Virus record (IMG/VR): IMGVR_UViG_3300042923_001092
Coordinates: 1-39,091 of that record
Length of the DNA stretch: 39,091 nt
Direction: 5' to 3' (one strand)
Origin: a virus
The position numbers and the translations under genes were made by a program. Below are positions 26,278-34,400 of this stretch, piece after piece. The notes beneath the pieces are model-generated. The model worked only from the letters and a program-made list of their open reading frames with translations, was not told the DNA's origin and did not search any database. Every line of letters starts with the position of its first letter. Within the stretch, counting starts at the first letter, position 1.

Positions 26278-26646
26278 ATGTCTAAGCTTGGTATAATATT
26301 CCCATTAACTTCTGATTATAAAGGATCAGTTGAATATAATGAAAATTTAATTAATTCAATAGAATCTTCTATAAAACAAATTTTGTTGACTACAAAAGGT
26401 GAAAGACCTATGAATCCTGAATTTGGATGTAATCTTAGAAGATTAAATTTTGAATATGATATAGATATTATAGAAGAATTAGGTAAGCAGTATATAACAG
26501 AGTCTATAGAAGAGTTTGAAACTAGAGTTCAAATAGAAGATATAACATTTTCAAAGAGTGACGATACTATATTTATCCAGTTAGTATATTCAATCAGATA
26601 TTCTAATTTACCATTACAAGCTTTAGATATTCCATATAAGTTATAA
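26278..26646 (+). CDS. Baseplate wedge protein, gp25/gpW-like
   Basis: SIKQILLTTKGERPMNPEFGC...FETRV. Confidence 0.92.
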   Translation: MSKLGIIFPLTSDYKGSVEYNENLINSIESSIKQILLTTKGERPMNPEFGCNLRRLNFEYDIDIIEELGKQYITESIEEFETRVQIEDITFSKSDDTIFIQLVYSIRYSNLPLQALDIPYKL

Positions 26647-26680
26647 TTAATATGAAACAATAAATAAAGGAGGCGATAAA

Positions 26681-28066
26681 ATGGCAATAGATTATACATC
26701 TCGCGATTTTCAATCATTAAAAAGAGACATGATAAATGCTTTATTAGTAAAAGCTCCAGAGCTTTCTAATAAAAATGATTCAGAGTTTGCAGTAGCAATG
26801 ATTGAACTTTTTGCGTATGTAGGCGATTTGTTATCATATGCATTGGACAGATATAAAAACGAGGTTTATTTACCTTCTGCTATTCAGAAAGAAAATGTTT
26901 CTAAAATATGCAGTATGTTAGACTATAGACTTTATAACTATGAACCATCAAAAGTCTTATTAACATTTTCTATAATAGAGCCTCATGATAAACGTATCAT
27001 TATACCGGCAAAAACAACATGTATGACAGAAGGTATGAGCCCTGTAGTATTTGAAACTGATGAGATTTCTTTTATTGAAATAGGAGAAACGTCAGTAACG
27101 ATAAAAGCTACTCAAGGAGAAACTCATGAAGAAATACTTGGATATAGCGATGGTTCTTCAAATCAGGAATATAATTTGACTTATTCTCAAGTATTAGATG
27201 GTATTCAGATATTTGTAGAAAGCGAATCATATACTGAAATTGATAACTTTATTAATAGCAATAAGGATAGCAAATATTTTGTAGTTGAAAGATCTGGAGA
27301 TAAAAAATCAAAAATATCATTTGGAAATGGTGTAAATGGTTATATTCCAGAAGAAAATTATCAAATACTTGCTTCTTATAGAGTTGGCGGCGGGTTAGTT
27401 GGAAACGTAAGTATGAATTCTATAAATTCGATAATTGATCAAATATATGATGAAGACGGTGATATGGTTGATGTATCGGTTACAAATGAAGAAGATGCTA
27501 CTGGTGGATTAGATGAAGAATCAATAGCTTCAGCTAAAGCTAAAGCCCCAGCTCAAGTTTATACATTGTGGAGGGCAGTTACTAAAGAAGATTTTGTTAA
27601 ATTAGCTCTTACTATTTCAGACGTTCAGCAAGCAGTCGCTATATTAGATTCAGTATCTAGTAGTACTACAGTTTATCTTTATATTAAATTATTAAATAGA
27701 GATGATATACCAACTGTAAGATTACAAGAACTATATGATTTTTTTAATGAAAGAAAGTTAATAGGAGTTGTAGTAATAATAAATGAACCAGTTTATAGAG
27801 AAGCAGTTGTTAATATAAATGTACTTGCTCATACAGGGTATTTAAACTCAGAAGTTAAAACTAAAATTGAAGATTATATTAATCAAAATTATACAGCTGG
27901 TTCATTAGGATTTGGAGAGCAGATTTTAGATGGTGAAATAGTAGATGAATTAATGGATTGGGATGAAATAAAAAATGCAAGAGTTACAATAAACAATGGT
28001 GAAACTTTAGAAAATGAAATCATTAAGATAGGAAGTTTAAATATTGTAGTAACAGGAGGCAAATAA
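26681..28066 (+). CDS. Baseplate J / gp6-like wedge protein
   Basis: DYTSRDF, ELFAYVGDLLSY, FGNGVNG, YRVGGGLVGNV, ATGGLDEES and RAVTKEDF. Confidence 0.92.
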   Translation: MAIDYTSRDFQSLKRDMINALLVKAPELSNKNDSEFAVAMIELFAYVGDLLSYALDRYKNEVYLPSAIQKENVSKICSMLDYRLYNYEPSKVLLTFSIIEPHDKRIIIPAKTTCMTEGMSPVVFETDEISFIEIGETSVTIKATQGETHEEILGYSDGSSNQEYNLTYSQVLDGIQIFVESESYTEIDNFINSNKDSKYFVVERSGDKKSKISFGNGVNGYIPEENYQILASYRVGGGLVGNVSMNSINSIIDQIYDEDGDMVDVSVTNEEDATGGLDEESIASAKAKAPAQVYTLWRAVTKEDFVKLALTISDVQQAVAILDSVSSSTTVYLYIKLLNRDDIPTVRLQELYDFFNERKLIGVVVIINEPVYREAVVNINVLAHTGYLNSEVKTKIEDYINQNYTAGSLGFGEQILDGEIVDELMDWDEIKNARVTINNGETLENEIIKIGSLNIVVTGGK

Positions 28067-28067
28067 A

Positions 28068-29960
28068 ATGGATAAGGATTTTTTATACAATAGTTTGCCT
28101 GAAATATATAGGACTTTAGATGTTGATCAAAAATTAATTCTTAAAAGATTTTTAGAAGCAATACAAGAAGGCGGAGCAGAACCAATGCTTGACGCTATTG
28201 TTGAATTTGCTAATATAAATAATATTGACAAATTAGACGAAGAACAATTAAGGCTTTTAGGTAGAACATTTGGTTATGAATATAATGAAAATCTATCATT
28301 ATTTAATCAAAGAAGACTTATTAAAAATCTTATAGTAATATACAAAAGAAAAGGTACTAATTCTTCTGTAATTTATGTGACAAGAGAAATAACAGAATTT
28401 GACGCCGAAATAGTACCATTAATGAACAAAATGTTTAAAACTTGGTCTAATAAAAATCATATGGAGATACCGGGGTATGAATTATCCAAGACTTTTACTA
28501 GTTTTGGAGATACACAGTCACATTATTTACCTGGTACTAAATATTCAAAGACTAATATATTCTTAAAGCTTATTCCATTATTTGATATTGGACTTCAATT
28601 TGAAAGAAGTTTAGCTTTAAGTGAAATACTTCAAATGCTATTACCAGTTTATACAAAAGCATTTTTACTTCTATCGAGTAATGAAGGTGATGAAGCATTA
28701 GATGTAAAAGTCGATGAAAGTAAAGACAGATTATCAATTTATCAAGAAGAAACAGATTATACTATCAATGCTGATATTGAATATTTAAATATAAATATAG
28801 ATATAATTGCATCTATTGAAGAAAATTCAAATAATAAACATATAGAAGATTCAGAAGTGACTGCAATTAGGTTTTCACCAGACCAGTATGATGTAAGCAC
28901 ACAGAATTTTAATGACGATTTTGAACATTTTAGATTTGGAGAACTTGGAGAGTCTGTAACTTCAAATCTTGAAGAATCTGATGATATTTCTTCAATTCAA
29001 TTTAAAACAGAAGATGAAACAAAAAATTCTATCAATTCTACAACTACAGAAACAAATGAAGATACACATATTAAGTTTTCAGAATTGATAGAGGATGAAT
29101 ATACAACCAACAAGCAAGAAGACGGAGATTTTATTTTTATTAATTCATTAGATTCAGAAGATTTAAGTTCTATTTCCAGCTTAACAAGTGAAAGTGATAA
29201 TATGATAATATCTTCTGATGATATAGAAGTTTCTAATACTTTGGCAGAACACGATGGTATTGACATGGTTAGAAATAATAATGAAATAATGGTTTTATTT
29301 AGCGAAGCAAATCCTATTAAAATTACTAGAATAGAAGGAAGTAGTAGACAAGATACTGTTATTTATGACCCTGCAACACAAGTTCCTATAGTTTCTGCTT
29401 CACATTTTAATATAATATCAAGCGATGGAGATACTTTAAGTGATTCTGTAAATGTTCCGATAGACTTAAGATCAATGCCAAATGGCACTAAAGATACATA
29501 TGACATAGTAAATGGAACAGGTATTAAAGCAAAAAGAATAAATACTATTTTATTTGATGGTAGTGCAGATGAAAATTGGATAAAAGCTCAGATAGGTACT
29601 GGAAGTAGGTGGAGATTTTATATTTCTATAGCTGATAAAAAAATTAATGCTGCAGCTGATAGTATTTTATGCGATAGATTAAGACCTGCAGCATTTAACC
29701 TAGCCAGTCCTCCGACTTCACCATCAATATCCGGACACAATACAGTAAGTACCATTAATATATTTGGTACAATGTTTGACTCGATGTCTTTGACAGATTT
29801 TAGATCTTACATTTCCTTATATCCTTTGCTTGTGCAATATGAAACTTTAACTACTACTACAGAAATAGTAGGAGATTTAATTGTTAGCGGTTATGCTGAT
29901 GCAACATATCTTTCGACAGATTCAGATCCTGAAGTAAAATTTTATATAAGATATCAATAA
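28068..29960 (+). CDS. Baseplate protein with a P2 gpI-like N-terminus and an acidic extension
   Basis: FLYNSLPEIYR..D, LKRFL and IYKRKGT; D/E/S-rich middle; beta-rich C-terminus. Confidence 0.75.
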   Translation: MDKDFLYNSLPEIYRTLDVDQKLILKRFLEAIQEGGAEPMLDAIVEFANINNIDKLDEEQLRLLGRTFGYEYNENLSLFNQRRLIKNLIVIYKRKGTNSSVIYVTREITEFDAEIVPLMNKMFKTWSNKNHMEIPGYELSKTFTSFGDTQSHYLPGTKYSKTNIFLKLIPLFDIGLQFERSLALSEILQMLLPVYTKAFLLLSSNEGDEALDVKVDESKDRLSIYQEETDYTINADIEYLNINIDIIASIEENSNNKHIEDSEVTAIRFSPDQYDVSTQNFNDDFEHFRFGELGESVTSNLEESDDISSIQFKTEDETKNSINSTTTETNEDTHIKFSELIEDEYTTNKQEDGDFIFINSLDSEDLSSISSLTSESDNMIISSDDIEVSNTLAEHDGIDMVRNNNEIMVLFSEANPIKITRIEGSSRQDTVIYDPATQVPIVSASHFNIISSDGDTLSDSVNVPIDLRSMPNGTKDTYDIVNGTGIKAKRINTILFDGSADENWIKAQIGTGSRWRFYISIADKKINAAADSILCDRLRPAAFNLASPPTSPSISGHNTVSTINIFGTMFDSMSLTDFRSYISLYPLLVQYETLTTTTEIVGDLIVSGYADATYLSTDSDPEVKFYIRYQ

Positions 29961-29980
29961 TAAATAAACTAAACATTATA

Positions 29981-30058
29981 AAACCCTTATAGAGCTATTA
30001 AAAATAAAATTAAACATAAAAATACAACATAAATAATTTAATCAATCTATAAGGGTTT
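29981..30058. repeat. Inverted repeat with a 52-nt spacer, copy 3
   Basis: AAACCCTTATAGA (29981-29993) / TCTATAAGGGTTT (30046-30058), perfect 13 bp. Confidence 0.88.
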
Positions 30059-30174
30059 AAATAAATATAATACTTATGACTAAGATAAATCAATAATAAG
30101 TTTATAATATAGACAAGTAAAAACGTTTTATTTAGATATAATTTTATTGAACAAATAATAGGAGGTAATTTAAT

Positions 30175-30717
30175 ATGAGTAAAAATACAATTATCGAAAA
30201 TTTACCTAATGTCAGAGATATTATGCAGGGTGAGTTTAGGGACGTAATACGCTACAAAGATGGCAGAATAGAAGAAAGGCCTTGGCAAAGGAATTTAATT
30301 GTTAATGATATTATTAAAGCAATTGCTTGCGCACTAAAAGGCGATGCGGGAATTAAATACTGGGCAATTGGAAAAGGATTGGATTCCTGGGATGATGTTA
30401 CTCCTCCTGCTCCTGCGGCAACAGATTCACAATTAGTCCAAGAAATAGGTAGAAAAGCCTTGACTTCTGGTTCATTTCAATATGTTGATGGAAGTGGAAA
30501 TGTTTCTACTCCTATGACTAATAGACTACTTATTACAGTAACTTTTGGATACGAAGAATGCAATGGTAATTGGAGAGAATTTTCTATTGTTGGTGGAAGC
30601 AGTGCAACTGCCACCTTAAATACCGGCGTATTATTAAACCATAAGACTCATGGTTTGATCGTAAAAACAAACAGTATGGAAATTGAAAGACAGATAAGAT
30701 TTACGTTTAATAACTAA
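30175..30717 (+). CDS. Tail fibre attachment/baseplate protein
   Basis: NLIVN, YWAIGKG, LVQEIGRK, NGNWREF and IVKTNSMEIERQIRF resemble fibre-base domains. Confidence 0.65.
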   Translation: MSKNTIIENLPNVRDIMQGEFRDVIRYKDGRIEERPWQRNLIVNDIIKAIACALKGDAGIKYWAIGKGLDSWDDVTPPAPAATDSQLVQEIGRKALTSGSFQYVDGSGNVSTPMTNRLLITVTFGYEECNGNWREFSIVGGSSATATLNTGVLLNHKTHGLIVKTNSMEIERQIRFTFNN

Positions 30718-30737
30718 TTTAACAGGAGGTAAGATAA

Positions 30738-31436
30738 ATGGCAGACTTTTCTATAGAAGATAGATTTAAAAAAGAAGCCGCATTTTCCTCAGTTAAGTTT
30801 GGTGGTGATTCTTATATTCTTGGTGAAGAATTAAATGAAATGCAAGAAATAATGAGAGAAAGAATTAGAAGCATTTTTCGAAATTATTTCGGAGATGGCG
30901 TCTTTGGAACTGGTACATTAAATTATAATGCCGAAACTAAGGAATTTTCTATTGAAGATGAAAGTGTTGTAATTGATGGTGAAATCATATATATAAAAAA
31001 TATGGTTTTAGAAAATGTGGAAGAAGGCGCCATAATTTATCTTGAAGTATGGGATGAAGAAGCAAACTTTAATTCAACTTTAAAAAAATGGGGAAATCAG
31101 CAATCAGATGAAACAGTAGAAAATACTATGCTTGATCCAAGAGTTCTTGAAGAAACTACAAGAAGAATGGTTTTGTGTAATCGCTTGACTTTAGATAATT
31201 CAAATGAAAATCATAGATTCATAAGATTAGCACATATAGAAGATGGATTTGCAGAAACAGATGCAGTAAGTATAGGTGGCATGGTTAATAGACATGGAGA
31301 TCAGATGCAAGGAGTACTTAAAGCTAATAATAACAATCAATATAATGTCCCTCAGGTAAGAAATTTTGTATTATCTACAGACCCGCCAACAGATGATATA
31401 GGGCAAAACGGTGATATTTGGTTGATGTATGAATAA
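30738..31436 (+). CDS. Tail fibre proximal protein
   Basis: ELNEMQ N-terminal motif, YLEVW, and C-terminal STDPP...GQNGDIWLMYE. Confidence 0.65.
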   Translation: MADFSIEDRFKKEAAFSSVKFGGDSYILGEELNEMQEIMRERIRSIFRNYFGDGVFGTGTLNYNAETKEFSIEDESVVIDGEIIYIKNMVLENVEEGAIIYLEVWDEEANFNSTLKKWGNQQSDETVENTMLDPRVLEETTRRMVLCNRLTLDNSNENHRFIRLAHIEDGFAETDAVSIGGMVNRHGDQMQGVLKANNNNQYNVPQVRNFVLSTDPPTDDIGQNGDIWLMYE

Positions 31437-31451
31437 GGAGCGTGTTAATAG

Positions 31452-34400
31452 ATGGCCGGCAATTTAATTTTAAATCCTAATATGTTAGAAGTAACAGATC
31501 AGAATTATGATGTGCTGACATCTGACTGCCTTGATAGGACTGTACAAGGGAAAATCACAGACCCAAAATATTATTTCTACTTAGGAGGTTGTGATTTTCC
31601 CGACTATCCAAATGGACTACCAGCTGGAGTAACAATGAGTAGTTTTGAGTATGCTGGAGGTGAACTGGCTAATGATTCAGTAGATAATGACCCTTTAATA
31701 TCTAAAAGTATTATGCTAGATGCTTCTAACCCTCTTACGAATTTTGGAAGTATAGGAAAAGAACATAATCCTATATATGGTGGTTCTGGTGGTGTTACTC
31801 AAGTCGTTTATATAGGACAAACAGAAGCTAAACCTTTTAGGTTTTCATGTTATTGTAAATGTGAGGATGTTGTAGGTAACGCTAGAGTATTATTTGATGT
31901 TGTAGGCTTTGATAATACTGGTTCTGGGACATATTTGTCATATGTTTCAGGTACTCATGATTTTCAAAAATTATCAGAATTAAAAACGTTTAGCTTTCCA
32001 GTAAAATATGCATTTCTTCATTTTTCTGTTCAAAATATGTCATCAGGAAAAGCATGGTTTGCTAAACCTCTAATAGAAGAAATAGATATGGACCTTATTG
32101 TTCCGGATCCTGATGAAAGAGTAATGAATCCGATATTTGTTCATACAAGCAATGAAGTCGATACGGTGGCTTGGGAAACTACAAATTGTGAAAGATTTGA
32201 AGATATAGATTTAATTTATTTAAACCCTTATATGGGGACAATGTTAAAAATGACAAGCGGTTCTTCCTTACAGCAAAATGCTATTATTGTAAGCGATGTT
32301 TCTCACGCTATATTAAACGTAAAATGTACTTTAAGAAGTTTTGGTCATACTGTTGTCAAAATAACTCTTACAGAAAGAGGAAGACACAGAAACAAAATGA
32401 ATGAAGTTTCTAGAATATATAATATATCTTCTGATGATATTTGGAGACAAATAAGATTAATGACTTATTCAAATGTATTGATAGAAAAAATAGATTTGAA
32501 AATAGAGCATATTTCAGGAGATGATATATTAATATGCAATGCATCAATAACTGAAAACACTATACCACCTTCTAATATATCTGAAGATAAGGTTTTTACT
32601 AAAATCGAAAGTGATGTTGAAATACCTAATTTACCTAATTATGATGATACTCTATCTATCAAATTGGAAAATGAATTAAGTCCTAAATATTTAGAGCTTA
32701 ATCCTAATGATGAATTTAATGGAGTTGCATACTTAACAAATGGCATGATAGGTAAATTTGTACCTTATAAAGAATTATCTGGATACAGTTTATATCAAAA
32801 CAAAAAATTAACTAAAATAGATGATGATTCATATTACTTAACTCCATGGGACCCAAATATTGTCGAATTAAAAACTCCGGACGAACGCCTAAGAAATTTC
32901 TTACCTGCACCTCATATCAACGAAACAGAAGATGTAGTTATAGAAGTAGATGGACATATTAAGGCCGGAGACAGAAGGTATTATTGTGCCACTGCATATA
33001 ATGAATTTGGAGAGTCTACTAAATCAAATGATGTAAGATATATAATACCAGACAGTTATTCTGATTATAATGTAATAAATTTAGAAATAACTCCAGTTAA
33101 AGGAGCAACTGGATATAGAATTTATATGTCAAAAGCATATGATAATGAAGACCCTAATATGCCTGGAGATTGGGCACAATACGGAGCTGATTATGTGTTG
33201 TGGGGAGAAAATGCTTTATTAGATACTATATCTCATGAGCAGCTAAGATCAAATGGATATTTTTATTATGATTATGGTTCTAATGATGATAATATGAAAC
33301 CAGGTACTCCAAGTATGACAGTAAATACTGCTAAATTCTGGTACAAAGATGATGCTTATCAAACTGTCCATTTAACTAGTACTTATTATAGTAAATATGA
33401 CATTTATGCTGGATGCTTAATTGAAGATTATATTATTCAGGCTATTAAATATTTACCTCATAAACGAAAACTCTATTTGGCCACTAATAAAGGCGTTTTT
33501 GAATCCGATGATAAATATACAAACAAGCTATACAAGGTTTTAGACAGTAATCTAATACATTCTATGTCATATGTAGAAAGTGGACTTAAATATTATACAA
33601 ATGCAAATATTGGCTTTTTACAAACTGAAACTAATAAGTATTATCTCAATTATGTTACCGGAGTTTTGACAATTAATGATTTAAATAATACTTATATAAG
33701 CTCAAGTGAAATAGAGGTTCCAGATGCTATATTGAATGGATTTTCTAAATATTATGATAAATTCATAACTCATAATAAAACTAACGGAACTTTTATAATA
33801 TTTGAAGAAAACGGCACTATAGATAAGATATTACCTTTTGTAATAACTGATTTTGAAAAATGGGATATTACTGGTTCTATTTTGTCAGTTCTTATGAATG
33901 ATGGAGTAGTAAAATTATTTGGAATTTTCGCAGAAGAGTATTATGGAAGATTTAATAGTTTAGATACTGCTTATAGAGGTTTACATTTCCCTGCGTTATG
34001 CAAACCAAGACTTCCAGATGAATCAGTTGAAACTGATGATCATGAAGCTTTAGTAAATGGGACATTTACAGTTTGGAATGGTCAAAAAACTTCTCCTGAA
34101 GGTTTTCATATTATTTATGATACGCAAAGTGTAGTAAACTTAGGACAATCAGACGATGTAGCTATAGTAAATACTAAAGCACATGTTTATAAAACTTTAG
34201 TAAATTCATGGGGAAGTATTTATAAGCAAGATGTTGAAGTAGATGCTGATTCAACGTATATAATATCTCTCTATACTAAAGCTTCGATAAAATCATTTGG
34301 TTCTTTAGGAGTAAAAGTCAAAAATGCTCAAGGGCAAGGTGAAGAAATATATTATAGTTTCGATTGCGAAACTGAATATGAAAAAAGATCGTTTGAAATA

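Noticed and set aside
4767-30058. Reading the 52-nt-spacer elements as terminators, IS ends or CRISPR repeats
   Set aside because: The loops are too long and lack U-tracts, there is no transposase or evident target duplication, and the copies are dispersed rather than arrayed.
16828-31436. Stand-alone tailocin or eCIS locus
   Set aside because: Terminase, portal, protease and capsid genes are present and intact in the same operon.
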